A stretch of DNA of 64,000 bases from Clostridia bacterium (GTDB taxonomy: Bacteria > Bacillota > Clostridia > Oscillospirales > CAG-272). The translations under genes were made by a program, and so were the position numbers. Shown one piece after another: positions 36,909-47,290 of the stretch (positions are counted from its first letter, which is position 1; the number at the start of each line of letters is the position of its first letter). The stretch spans positions 10,240 through 74,239 of the forward strand of contig JAFVWS010000044.1 in assembly GCA_017501545.1 (NCBI GenBank). The letters are read 5' to 3'. A model generated the notes under the pieces. The model saw only the letters and a list, made by a program, of their open reading frames with translations, searched no databases and was not told the DNA's origin.

Positions 36909-39314
36909 ATGAATTTATCAAGAAAATGGTTAACTGATTACGTTGACGTAACAGAAGTAAACAACAAGGACTACTGCGATAGAATGACTGACACAGGCTC
37001 TAAGGTAGAGGGCTTTGAGGCTTTGGCATCCGATATTGACAACGTAGTAGTTGGAAAAATTACAAAAATTACAAAGCACGAAAATTCTGACCACCTTCAA
37101 ATTTGTATGCTTGACGTTGGAGAAGGCAAGGATATTCAAATTGTAACAGGCGCTAGGAATGTATTTGAGGGCGCGATAGTTCCAGTTGCTAAGGCTCCAG
37201 CAAAATTGCCAGGTGACATTACAATTAAGGCAGGCAAGCTACGTGGAGTTGAGTCAAACGGAATGCTTTGCTCAATAACTGAGCTTGGGCTTACCACACA
37301 CGATATGCCAAGCGCAATTGAAAATGGAATTTTTATCTTGAACGAGCTTGAGGAGTCAAAGGACTATACCCTCGGTATGGATATTAAGGAGGCGCTTATG
37401 CTTTCTGACGACGTGGTTGAATTTGAAATCACACCAAACCGTCCTGATTGCTTGTCCGTTATCGGTCTTGCACGTGAAAGCGCTGCTTCCTTTGAAAAAG
37501 AACTGAAAATCCCTACCCCTGTGGTTAAAAATGCAGGTGACGGAGATAAAATAGACAACTATATTAAGGTTGATATTGAGTCCACGCTTTGCAAAAGATA
37601 CGCTGCAAGAGTAGTAAAGAATATCAAAATCGAGCCATCTCCACTTTGGCTAAGAATGCGCCTACGCGCTTCAGGCGTGCGCCCAATTAATAACATTGTT
37701 GACATTACAAACTACGTAATGCTTGAATATGGTCAGCCAATGCACGCATTTGACTATAAGTGCCTTGACGGCTCCCATATTATCGTAAGAGAGGCAGGGG
37801 AAAATGAGTCCTTTAAGTCCCTTGACGATATTGACCATACATTAAAGAGTGGCATGCTTGTAATTTCAGACGAGAAAAAGGCAGTTGCCTTGGCTGGAGT
37901 TATGGGTGGTGCTAACAGTGAAATTACAGAGGACACAAAGACAGTTGTTTTTGAAAGTGCTAACTTTGACGGACCAAGCGTGCGTGTTACCTCGCGCGCA
38001 CTCGGTATGAGAACTGAGTCAAGCTCTCGCTTTGAAAAGGGAATAGATGAAGAAACAGTTATTCCAGCAATTGAGCGCGCTTGTGAGCTTGTACAGATTC
38101 TTTCAGCCGGTGAGGTGGTTGACGGAATTATCGACGTTTATCCAAATCCAAAGAAGGTAAGAGAAATTCCTCTAAATGCTGAAAAAATTAACGCATTCCT
38201 TGGAACTAATATTTCCAAGGAAGAAATGGTAAGAATTTTAACCTCACTTACATTTAAGGTTGAAAACGATACAGTTTACGTTCCATCCTATCGTGACGAC
38301 GTCGAGGGTATGCAGGACGTAGCCGAGGAGATTGCAAGAATTTACGGCTATAACGAAATTGAAACAACAAACGTAGTTGCATCTCTTACTCAAGGTGAAA
38401 GAACACCACGTCAAGCATACGACGTGAAGGTAAAGGATACTCTTTGCGCAATGGGTCTTTATGAAATTAATACGTTTTCATTTATCAGCCCTAAGTATTA
38501 CGACAAAATCAATTTGCCAGAGGGTGATAAGAGAAGAAATTCAGTAGTGATTTCTAACCCACTTGGCGAGGATACAAGCGTAATGCGTACAACCTCTATC
38601 CCATCAATTTTGGAGGTGCTTGCAAAGAACCAAAACCTCAAAAATGAGGAAGCATCACTTTACGAGGTTGCTACAATTTATATTCCAAACGAGGACAAAG
38701 CAAAATTGCCAGAGGAGCCAAAGGAAATTTCCATTGGTATGTATGGCACAGCCGACTTCTATGATTTAAAGGGCGTAATTGAGGGACTCTTTAATGCTTG
38801 TGGAATTACAGAATTTTACGTTAAGGCAGAGGAAAATGACCCAACCTTCCACCCAGGCAGATGTGCAAAAATTTATGCAAATAACGACACGTGCCTCGGT
38901 ATTTTTGGTGAAATTCATCCACTTGTTGCTAAAAATTACTCATTTACAAAGAGGGTTTACGTTGCATCTCTTGACTTTGAGGCAATGTTTGAAAACCACG
39001 CAAGCGAGGCTAAGTATAAGCCACTTCCAAAGTTCCCAGCCCTCACCCGTGACTTCTCATTCGTATGCGATGAGTCACTTGAGGTTGGCACAATTGAGTC
39101 GGCTATTAAAAAGTCAGGCGTTAAGCTTCTTGAAGCCGTTAAGCTATTCGATATCTATCGTGGCGCACAGATAGGCGAAAACAAAAAGAGCGTATCGTTC
39201 TCAGTTTCCCTTCGCGCTTCTGATAGAACTTTAAACGATGAGGAAGCAGACACAGCAGTTAAGAAGATTCTTAAGACACTTGAAAAAGAGCTTGGTATCA
39301 CTTTAAGAGCATAA
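36909..39314 (+). CDS. pheT: Phenylalanine-tRNA ligase beta subunit
   Basis: KLRGVESNGMLCS, EITPNRPDCLS, RPINNIVDITNY, RFEKG and C-terminal FDIYRG...KKSV. Confidence 0.98.
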   Translation: MNLSRKWLTDYVDVTEVNNKDYCDRMTDTGSKVEGFEALASDIDNVVVGKITKITKHENSDHLQICMLDVGEGKDIQIVTGARNVFEGAIVPVAKAPAKLPGDITIKAGKLRGVESNGMLCSITELGLTTHDMPSAIENGIFILNELEESKDYTLGMDIKEALMLSDDVVEFEITPNRPDCLSVIGLARESAASFEKELKIPTPVVKNAGDGDKIDNYIKVDIESTLCKRYAARVVKNIKIEPSPLWLRMRLRASGVRPINNIVDITNYVMLEYGQPMHAFDYKCLDGSHIIVREAGENESFKSLDDIDHTLKSGMLVISDEKKAVALAGVMGGANSEITEDTKTVVFESANFDGPSVRVTSRALGMRTESSSRFEKGIDEETVIPAIERACELVQILSAGEVVDGIIDVYPNPKKVREIPLNAEKINAFLGTNISKEEMVRILTSLTFKVENDTVYVPSYRDDVEGMQDVAEEIARIYGYNEIETTNVVASLTQGERTPRQAYDVKVKDTLCAMGLYEINTFSFISPKYYDKINLPEGDKRRNSVVISNPLGEDTSVMRTTSIPSILEVLAKNQNLKNEEASLYEVATIYIPNEDKAKLPEEPKEISIGMYGTADFYDLKGVIEGLFNACGITEFYVKAEENDPTFHPGRCAKIYANNDTCLGIFGEIHPLVAKNYSFTKRVYVASLDFEAMFENHASEAKYKPLPKFPALTRDFSFVCDESLEVGTIESAIKKSGVKLLEAVKLFDIYRGAQIGENKKSVSFSVSLRASDRTLNDEEADTAVKKILKTLEKELGITLRA

Positions 39315-39384
39315 GAGTAGAGGGCGCGAGATAGGTGTGAAACCAAAATCGCATTAAACAATAAGAATGTCGATAATTATTATC

Positions 39385-39409
39385 GTAGGGGAGGGGCTTG
39401 CTCCTCCCG
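39385..39409 (+). repeat. GTAG-type REP-like palindrome
   Basis: GTAG followed by the GGGAGGGGC-TT-GCTCCTCCC hairpin. Confidence 0.55.
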
Positions 39410-39637
39410 TTTCTTTTGATAAAGAATTTATAAGGAAAAAACACGCTTTTGGCGAGTTTTCTTTTTGCGATTTTTATACACGATTGCTACTCTACCGTAC
39501 AAAGTACGCCGACGTGTACGCAATCGCGCATTTTCCCTACCTCCTCGTCCCTCTTTTGACAAGTTTTATCTAATATTTGTTGAAATATTTATAAAATAAT
39601 GCTAAAATTAATATATACTAAAATTTAGAGGTAACTT

Positions 39638-40171
39638 ATGGAAATCAAGGAATGTATTAAGGGAAGACGTAGCGTAAGAAAATACGCATATGAGAAAATA
39701 GAGCGTGAGGTAATTGAGGAGCTTATTAAGGCGGGACAATATGCACCGTCGTGGAAAAATTCACAAACTCCAAGATATTACGCAGCAATATCAGAGGGGG
39801 CAATAAGCGCAGTTAACTCCTGCCTGCCAGACTTTAACGCAGAAAGGACAATGGGCGTTGGTGCTTACATTGTTACAACGGCTAAAAAGGGACTAAGTGG
39901 CTGTAACAAAGATGGTGAGTATTTTAGCCATCTTGGCAACGGCTATGAGTGCTTTGATAATGGCTTGGCAGTTGAAAATATAGTGCTTTATGCACACTCC
40001 ATTGGCTATTCGACGTTAATTATGGGCCTTTTTGATGAGGGCGCGCTTCGTCAGCTTCTAAGTATACCAGATGACGAGGACATTGTCGTTGTGCTTGCAG
40101 TTGGCAGACGCGACGTTGAGCCACAAAGGCCAGAGCGTAAGTCGACTGAAGAAATATTAAAGATATTTTAA
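39638..40171 (+). CDS. Nitroreductase family protein
   Basis: IKGRRSVRKY, APSWKNSQ and GYSTLIMG...LAVG. Confidence 0.9.
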   Translation: MEIKECIKGRRSVRKYAYEKIEREVIEELIKAGQYAPSWKNSQTPRYYAAISEGAISAVNSCLPDFNAERTMGVGAYIVTTAKKGLSGCNKDGEYFSHLGNGYECFDNGLAVENIVLYAHSIGYSTLIMGLFDEGALRQLLSIPDDEDIVVVLAVGRRDVEPQRPERKSTEEILKIF

Positions 40172-40180
40172 GGAGCAAAT

Positions 40181-41134
40181 ATGAAAGCATCAAAGAAAAC
40201 GCTTAAGAAATTTATAAAGGGCGCATTGACAATAAGAGAAGAGGGTGCTTATCTTTGTCCACTTCGCTATGAGGAGGGACAAATTGAGGAGTTTAAAAGG
40301 GCTGACTCTGGCTGGCACTGGCGCTCACAATTTAGCTCAACTACACGAATTGAGCTAATTACCGATGCAACTGAGCTTCGTTTAGACTACTATGCAACCG
40401 ATTTTTCCTCGTCCGACTGCTATTTTGATTTGTATATTGACGGCTTTGCACACGAGGTTTGGAGGGTTAGAAAGTTCAATTTTGACAGGGTCACATTTAC
40501 TATGCCCGAGGGTGAGAAGCACGTGTGCGTTTACTTGCCAACCGATTGCCATATAGGAATTAAGAATTTCAACATAAATGGTAGATATAAATCGGTAAAG
40601 GACAAGGGAGAAAAGCTACTTATTATTGGTGACTCAATTACGCAGGGCTATGGTCCATATATGTCGGGCGCAACCTACGTAAGCTCACTGCAAAGAAAAA
40701 CTGGCTACGACATTGTTGCGCAGGGAATAGGTGGCCTTCCATTTAAGGAGTGCGCCGTTTATCGTGGTGAATATGAGCCCGATAAGATTATGGTTTTTCT
40801 TGGCACAAACTACTACAATGCTGTTGACAGATACGACTACGAAAAGGAAGCAAGACTTTTCTTTGAAAAGCTAAATAAAACTTGGGGCGAAAAGGAAATA
40901 ATTTATATTTCCCCACTTTGGCGCGATAACGACGTTGACTGGGAGCGCTTTTTGTGGTGTCGTGAGGTTGCCACAAGCGAGGCATTAAAGTATGACAACA
41001 TAACAGTTATTGACGGCTTTGACCTTGTACCACATATTGAGCAGTGCTTTTACGATAAAATCCACCCAAATGCTTACGGCTGTGAGCTTCTTGCCTCAGC
41101 CCTTGCTTACATAATGAAGGAAATAGACTTTTAA
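40181..41134 (+). CDS. SGNH/GDSL hydrolase
   Basis: IGDSITQG, GIGG, LGTN and DKIHPN blocks. Confidence 0.88.
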   Translation: MKASKKTLKKFIKGALTIREEGAYLCPLRYEEGQIEEFKRADSGWHWRSQFSSTTRIELITDATELRLDYYATDFSSSDCYFDLYIDGFAHEVWRVRKFNFDRVTFTMPEGEKHVCVYLPTDCHIGIKNFNINGRYKSVKDKGEKLLIIGDSITQGYGPYMSGATYVSSLQRKTGYDIVAQGIGGLPFKECAVYRGEYEPDKIMVFLGTNYYNAVDRYDYEKEARLFFEKLNKTWGEKEIIYISPLWRDNDVDWERFLWCREVATSEALKYDNITVIDGFDLVPHIEQCFYDKIHPNAYGCELLASALAYIMKEIDF

Positions 41135-41136
41135 TA

Positions 41137-41166
41137 AAAAGGCTGTTGCTTATGCAATAGCCTTTT
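41137..41166 (+). terminator. Intrinsic terminator
   Basis: AAAAGGCTGTTGC...GCAATAGCCTTTT. Confidence 0.75.
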
Positions 41167-41220
41167 TCTTTGCCAAAAATTAAAAGGGCGCATAAGATAA
41201 TAGGTGAAGAGGTGATTTTG

Positions 41221-42242
41221 ATGAAAAAACCGACCCTGTGTCTAATTTTTGGCGGGAAAAGTCCAGAATATTACGTGTCACTTTCCTCAGCTTATTCGGT
41301 AATCAAGGCGCTTGAGGAAAAGGGATATGACTTAATTAAAATAGGAATAACAAGGGATGGAAAATGGTATCTTTATACGGGCGAAAACGAGAAAATTGCA
41401 AACGACACGTGGCATAATGGAAGCATAATGCCTGTTTTGCTTGATGTAAGCAATGGCTTACTTTTGGTAGGCAAGCGAAAAATCAAGCCTGATAAAATCT
41501 TCCCCATTTTACATGGAGAAAACGGTGAGGACGGGCACGCTTCGGCACTATGCGATATGGGGGGCTTGCCCTGCGCTGGTACGGGAATGATGCCAAGCGC
41601 CCTTTGTATGGATAAGCACCTAACAAAATTAGTCGCACGTGAGGCTGGCATTTTAGTTGCCGACTGGGTGTCTATTGCAAGAGGCGAGGACAAAGAAGGC
41701 AAAATAAGCGAAATAGAAGAAAAAATTAAGTATCCTGCTTTGTAAAGCCTGCCACCACTGGTTCAAGCGTGGGGGTGAAAATTGCCAAGAATAGACAGGA
41801 GCTTAATTTTGCCATTGAAGAAGCGCTTGCTTACTCGCAAAGGGTGCTTGTCGAGAAGAAAATCAACGCAAGGGAGCTTGAAATAGGTGTCATTGCGCGC
41901 GATGGCGCACCATACCTTTCACGCGTTGGCGAGGTAAAATATAAGGCTGAGTTTTACGACTACGATGCAAAATATAAATCAAGCGAAAATGAGTATCAAA
42001 TACCGGCTGAAATATCAGAAAAAACAGAAAAACACCTAAGGGAGTGTGCAAAAAAGCTGTTTTACGCACTTGGAATAGATGCCCTTTGCCGTATGGATTT
42101 CTTTCTTTCAGAGGGTGGGGAGTTAATATTAAACGAGGTAAACACAATGCCTGGATTTACAAAAAGCAGTATGTTTCCTATGCTATTTTCAGATATGGGT
42201 CATACTTTTTCTGAAATTCTTAATATTATATTAAATATATAA
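41221..42242 (+). pseudogene. ddl: D-alanine--D-alanine ligase split by a 1-nt frameshift at ~41736
   Basis: 5' part has GGKSPE, LHGENGEDG and CMDK; 3' part has (C)FVKPATTGSSVGV, YDYDAKY, NEVNTMPG. Restoring one T (CCT[T]GC) gives YPCFVKP. Confidence 0.8.
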
Positions 42243-42294
42243 TTTTCTATTGAAAATAAAAATATCTTATTGTATAATTATAAGGAGATAAAGG

Positions 42295-43605
42295 ATGCAG
42301 CTTTTCCCCATAGAGTCGCTTTTTGGCTCATCAATTTCGCTAATTGGATACGGTGTTTCAAACAAGGCACTACTACGCTATTTGTTGAAAATAGGTGCTT
42401 GTCCAGTGGTTAGAAGCCCTGTGCCAGTTGACTTGCCAAACGGAATTGAGGGGGTGTTTGGCAAGGATTATTTAGATGCAAGCGAGGACGTTATATTTCG
42501 CTCTCCCTCGGTGCGCCCTGATAAATTTCCTGCAAGCTCGCACGTTTTTACCGAGGCTGGCTTCACCCTTGAATCATCATGCGCACACAAAATAGGCATA
42601 ACCGGCTCAGATGGAAAAAGCACAACCTCAACCCTTATTCATAAAATGCTAAGTGGTGCAGGGCTTACCTCATATCTTGGTGGAAACATCGGCACTCCGC
42701 TTATAGACTATTTAGATGTAGCAGGCAGAGGCGACTATCTTGTTTGTGAGCTTTCGTCGTTTCAGCTTTATGATTATGAGCCACCTCTTGATGTATGCGT
42801 TATAACAAGCATAAGTGAAAATCACCTTGACTGGCACACCTCACTTGGCGAATACGTTTTTTCCAAGAGAAACATTCTAAAAAGGGCAAAGCGCGCCGTT
42901 GTAAATTACGACTGCGAGTATCGTGGCTTTTTTACCCATTCCAATACAACATATTATTCACTTTCTGATTGCCACGACAAATTAAACGCTGGCGAGGACT
43001 ACGTTTATCTGAGAAATGGCTACGTTTACTACAATGAAAAGAGGCTTTTTCCAAAGGATATAATTAAAATTAAGGGTAAATATAACCTATTAAATATGCT
43101 TGGCGCGATAGGGGCAGTATATAAGCTTGTGCCACTTGAAGAAATAATAGAGGTTGCTAAAAGCTTTTCGGGGCTTAGCCACAGGGCAGAGGGGATTTAT
43201 ACCCTAAACGGTGTAAAATTTATTGACTCCTCGGCTGATTCAACTCCTGCACGCACGCTTGCAACGCTTAGCGCCTTTCCAAAGGAGCGCGTGGCTTTAA
43301 TTATGGGTGGGTACGACAAAAACCTCTCCTACGATATTTTAAGGACAGAGTTAAGTGGCGTTAAGTGTGTTATTCTTTATGGCGCAAACAAGGAAAAAAT
43401 AAAAAACAGCATAAACGGTGCTGTGAAATCAATATACGCAAATGATATAAGCGAGGCTGTGCGCCTTGCGTATAATTTAGCGCGCGAGGGGGATTATGTG
43501 TTGCTCTCACCCGCCTCGGCAAGCTTTGATATGTTTAAGGACTATCGTGATAGGGCAGAAAAATATAAGGACGCAATAAGAGGTTTAGAAAATGGAAAAG
43601 ATTAA
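42295..43605 (+). CDS. murD: UDP-N-acetylmuramoyl-L-alanine--D-glutamate ligase
   Basis: GITGSDGKSTT, GGNIG, ELSSFQL, HLDWH, MGGYDK and LLSPASASFDMF. Confidence 0.93.
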   Translation: MQLFPIESLFGSSISLIGYGVSNKALLRYLLKIGACPVVRSPVPVDLPNGIEGVFGKDYLDASEDVIFRSPSVRPDKFPASSHVFTEAGFTLESSCAHKIGITGSDGKSTTSTLIHKMLSGAGLTSYLGGNIGTPLIDYLDVAGRGDYLVCELSSFQLYDYEPPLDVCVITSISENHLDWHTSLGEYVFSKRNILKRAKRAVVNYDCEYRGFFTHSNTTYYSLSDCHDKLNAGEDYVYLRNGYVYYNEKRLFPKDIIKIKGKYNLLNMLGAIGAVYKLVPLEEIIEVAKSFSGLSHRAEGIYTLNGVKFIDSSADSTPARTLATLSAFPKERVALIMGGYDKNLSYDILRTELSGVKCVILYGANKEKIKNSINGAVKSIYANDISEAVRLAYNLAREGDYVLLSPASASFDMFKDYRDRAEKYKDAIRGLENGKD

Positions 43606-44617
43606 GTCGATTTTAAATAGCCTTGTTGGTGGCTTTTCGGTTTCCGGACATGAGATTTATGGTAAGGAAGCAATAGAAGGGCTTGCAAGTGGCATCTTTG
43701 ATGAAATAAAGGTTGATAATTTAGGCACAATGCTCTTAATTAAGCGTTCGGGCAAGGTGGGCGCTAAGAAGCTTCTTATTGACGCACACTATGACACTGT
43801 TGGAATGATGATTAAGCAAATAAAGAAAAACGGCTTTTTGTCCTTTACAAGCGTTGGTGGCTTGGACACTGGCATTTTGCCGTCAACCGAGGTGGTTATT
43901 CACGGCAAGGAGGATGTTTATGGCATTATTACCTCAACGCCACCACACCTAAAGTCGGGCGCACAAAAGTCGCCTAAAATGGACGAGCTGTATATTGACA
44001 CAGGCTATTCAAAGGAAAAATTAGAGGAGCTTTTGTCGGTTGGTGACCCTATTAGCTACAAAAATGAAATTGAATATATAAATGGTGATTACGTAATTAG
44101 TGCGGGGCTTGATGACAAGGCTTGCCTTTGCGCAGTGATTGATGCCGTTTCAAGAATGGATAAAGAAAGTCTTGCCTTTGATATTTACGTTACCGCCTCA
44201 GCACAGGAGGAAACAGGCAAGTGTGGCGCAGCCAGAGTGTCTTTTGATATTGAACCCGATTTAGCAGTTGTAACAGACGTAAACTTTGCAAGGGACGAGG
44301 ACGATGACTCGTTTGAATGTATTGTCCCTGGCGGTGGCGCAAGCATTGACGTTTCGGCAGTGACAAATCGTCGTGCTACGAAAAATATAATGAAGCACTT
44401 AACCAAAGAGGGCATAGATTATCAGGTTGTTTGTGAGCCGTCATCTACCTCAACAAACGCAGATTTTGTGTCAATAAGCACAAGTGGCGTGCCAACCGTA
44501 CTTATGAGTATTCCGCTAAAATCAATGCACACACCAAGCGAAATTGTGAATTTAAGAGACATAAAGTCTCTTAGCGATATTTTACTTAGCATTTCATATG
44601 GAGGGGATATATTATGA
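43592..44617 (+). CDS. M42 family metallopeptidase 1
   Basis: AHYD, LDDKA, QEETG, DVN and MHTPSE. Confidence 0.88.
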   Translation: MEKIKSILNSLVGGFSVSGHEIYGKEAIEGLASGIFDEIKVDNLGTMLLIKRSGKVGAKKLLIDAHYDTVGMMIKQIKKNGFLSFTSVGGLDTGILPSTEVVIHGKEDVYGIITSTPPHLKSGAQKSPKMDELYIDTGYSKEKLEELLSVGDPISYKNEIEYINGDYVISAGLDDKACLCAVIDAVSRMDKESLAFDIYVTASAQEETGKCGAARVSFDIEPDLAVVTDVNFARDEDDDSFECIVPGGGASIDVSAVTNRRATKNIMKHLTKEGIDYQVVCEPSSTSTNADFVSISTSGVPTVLMSIPLKSMHTPSEIVNLRDIKSLSDILLSISYGGDIL

Positions 44618-45657
44618 AGGAAATTTTGAAAAGACTATCCCTTGCATTTGGTCCAAGTGGCTGTGAGGATGCAGTAAAGGAAGCAATTAAAAAGGAAATA
44701 GATGCTTTTTTGCCAAAGGCAAAGGACGTAACCGAGGACCAAATGGGCAATCTAATAATCCATATAGGTGGCAACGGACCCAAGCTAATGATAAGCGCGC
44801 ATATGGACGAGGTTGGCTTTATGGTCACTGGCATTACTAAGGGTGGTGCGCTAAAATTCGGCACTGTTGGTGGCATTGACCCACTTTGCTTGGGTGCTAA
44901 GCGTGTCGTTTCTGAGTCGGGTGTTAAGGGCGCAATCAAGGCAAAGCCAATCCATCTTCTTAGCAAGGAGGAAAGAGGACAAGCCCCCAAGATTAAGAAC
45001 CTTTTAATTGATATCGGCGCAAATAGCAAAAAAGAGGCAGAGGCGCTTACCTTTGTTGGTGATTATTTCACCTTTGACAGTGACTATATTGAGTATGGTG
45101 AGGGACTTATTAAGTGCAAGGCGCTTGATGACCGTCTTGGCTGTGCAATTATGTGTCAGCTTATCAAGGATATTTACGAAAATAATATCGTCCCATGCTA
45201 TGATTTATATTTTGCCTTCACCACGCGTGAGGAGATAGGCTATTCGGGTGCTTATGGCGCAAGCATGAGGGTGCGCCCAGAGTACGCAGTAATTATTGAA
45301 TCCAAGGCTGTGGCTGATATTGAGGGCGTTAGTGAGGACAAGGAGGTTTGTCGCTTAGGTGACGGAGTTATTATCTCCTTTGCTGACCGTGGCACAATTT
45401 ACGACCGTGATTTTGTGCGCCACATTAAATCCCTTGCTGACAAAAACGAAATTAAAAACCAAACAAACAGATATATCTCTGGTGGAAACGACTCAATGCA
45501 TATTCAAAAGAATGCCGAGGGCGCTAAGGTTTCAACGCTTTCGTGCGCATCAAGATATATTCACTCGCAAAGTGACGTAATTCACGTAGATGATTTTTAC
45601 GCAACCTACAAAACGGTGCTTGAAATAATTAAAAGCGAAGCACCAGTAAAGGAGTAA
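44614..45657 (+). CDS. M42 family metallopeptidase 2
   Basis: AHMDEVG, ALDDRLG, REEIG and YIHSQSD. Confidence 0.9.
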   Translation: MKEILKRLSLAFGPSGCEDAVKEAIKKEIDAFLPKAKDVTEDQMGNLIIHIGGNGPKLMISAHMDEVGFMVTGITKGGALKFGTVGGIDPLCLGAKRVVSESGVKGAIKAKPIHLLSKEERGQAPKIKNLLIDIGANSKKEAEALTFVGDYFTFDSDYIEYGEGLIKCKALDDRLGCAIMCQLIKDIYENNIVPCYDLYFAFTTREEIGYSGAYGASMRVRPEYAVIIESKAVADIEGVSEDKEVCRLGDGVIISFADRGTIYDRDFVRHIKSLADKNEIKNQTNRYISGGNDSMHIQKNAEGAKVSTLSCASRYIHSQSDVIHVDDFYATYKTVLEIIKSEAPVKE

Positions 45658-45660
45658 GAA

Positions 45661-46632
45661 ATGACTGAGCTACTAAAAAAACTTATGTTTACCCCATCTG
45701 TTTCTGGCAGAGAGGATAAAATAAGAGAGGTTATAAGAAAAGAGATTGAGCCATACGCTACCGAAATAACCGTAGATAGAATGGGCAATCTTATTGCAAG
45801 AAAAAAGGGCAATGGCAAGAAAATTATGTTTTGCGCCCACATGGACGAAATCGGCTTTTTTGTAACACATATTTCCTCAAATGGTGATATTAAGGTAAGC
45901 CCTGTTGGTGGGATAAACGCTATAAGCGCAGCATATAGCGAGGTAATAAGCGAAAAGGGCGTAGGCGGAATTATCGTACCAAGCACTAAGGACGCACCAA
46001 AATGCGAGGATTTATATATTGATATCGGTGCTAAGACGAAAAAACAGGCAGAAAAGAAGGTGGAGATTGGTGACTTCTTTGTTTGCGCACCAAAATTCAA
46101 GCGCCTTCTAAACAATAGATATATCGGTCGCCCATTTGATGACAGAGTTGGCTGTCTTGCGTTAATTGAGGCAATCAAAAGCGTAAGTAGCGAAAACGAC
46201 CTATACTTTGTATTCTCCGTGCAGGAGGAGGTTGGTGGCAGGGGCGCAAAGCCAGCTACCTTTGGTATTGAGCCAGAAATCGGAATTGCGCTTGACGTAA
46301 CTGCTGTTGGCGAAAAGGGCGGACCTAACGATATGGACGTTTTAATTGGCAAGGGCTGTACAGTTAAAATTAAGGACCCAAGCACAATTTGCAACCCAGC
46401 ACTCGTTAAGGAAATGAGGGCTATTGCAGACAAGGAGGGAATAAAATACCAAAACGAAATGCTTCCATTCGGTGGCACAGACGCATCTCCTATGCAAATT
46501 GCAGGCAAGGGCGTGCGCGTTGGCGTTATTTCTATTCCGTCAGCACATATTCACTCAAGCTGTGAGATGATAGACATAAACGATTTAAAGGAGGCAGTTA
46601 AGCTTACAATTGCATTAGCAAGCAAGCTTTAA
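45661..46632 (+). CDS. M42 family metallopeptidase 3
   Basis: AHMDEIG, FDDRVG, QEEVG, LDVT, GGTDA and HIHSSCE. Confidence 0.9.
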   Translation: MTELLKKLMFTPSVSGREDKIREVIRKEIEPYATEITVDRMGNLIARKKGNGKKIMFCAHMDEIGFFVTHISSNGDIKVSPVGGINAISAAYSEVISEKGVGGIIVPSTKDAPKCEDLYIDIGAKTKKQAEKKVEIGDFFVCAPKFKRLLNNRYIGRPFDDRVGCLALIEAIKSVSSENDLYFVFSVQEEVGGRGAKPATFGIEPEIGIALDVTAVGEKGGPNDMDVLIGKGCTVKIKDPSTICNPALVKEMRAIADKEGIKYQNEMLPFGGTDASPMQIAGKGVRVGVISIPSAHIHSSCEMIDINDLKEAVKLTIALASKL

Positions 46633-46638
46633 GATAAA

Positions 46639-47289
46639 ATGAAAAGAAAAATTGCTTTTATAATTTGTTCAATTTTAATCCTTGCAGTCTTTATGGTTGG
46701 CTGTGGTAAGGAAACTGACGTGCCAGACGGTATGAAGCTTGCCTCTAATGAGGAAAACAAGTTTTATACAATGTACGTGCCAGAGGATTGGTATGTTATT
46801 GAAACGGGCTCAAACGTTACTCTTGCACAGGCGCAATCAAAGCAAATGGGTGGCACAACCTCCCTTGAGCCAGTTACTGTAAACGCAATGATTTTTGGAA
46901 TTAGCGACCCTGAGCTTGTAGGCAGTGAAAATATCGATAAGTCGTGCGCTGAGTATTATAAAACCTATCAGGAGCAAATGGCAGGCACCTTTAAGGAGTT
47001 TTACAACCTTACAAATTTAGACGAGGCGCATGCTTCTCCTTATCGTGAGGATGCAAGGGCTTATTCCTTTGTGGCGCTTTATAATAATATTTACTATAAA
47101 TACTATATGACAGTTATCGTGCGTGGCCAAACCTACTACGTAATCACATTTAACTTCCCACAGAATAACGTAGAAGCCGATAAGGACGGCAACCTTATAA
47201 AGACAGAATACGAAAAGGCAGAGTTTGATGACGGCGACTATAATGACGAAATTAAGGACGTAGTATCAAGCTTTAAGGCAAAATTATAA
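46639..47289 (+). CDS. Lipoprotein of unknown function
   Basis: Lipobox MVGC; 216 aa. No confident family. Confidence 0.75.
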   Translation: MKRKIAFIICSILILAVFMVGCGKETDVPDGMKLASNEENKFYTMYVPEDWYVIETGSNVTLAQAQSKQMGGTTSLEPVTVNAMIFGISDPELVGSENIDKSCAEYYKTYQEQMAGTFKEFYNLTNLDEAHASPYREDARAYSFVALYNNIYYKYYMTVIVRGQTYYVITFNFPQNNVEADKDGNLIKTEYEKAEFDDGDYNDEIKDVVSSFKAKL

Positions 47290-47290
47290 T

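Noticed and set aside
41731-41745. Programmed -1 ribosomal frameshift in ddl
   Set aside because: No slippery heptamer or obvious stimulatory structure at the break; an indel (real or sequencing error) is simpler.
45606-46508. 300-aa antisense ORF (also 56218..56718, 47836..48378 and 28197..28721)
   Set aside because: Each lies opposite a well-supported gene and has no recognisable motif or RBS.
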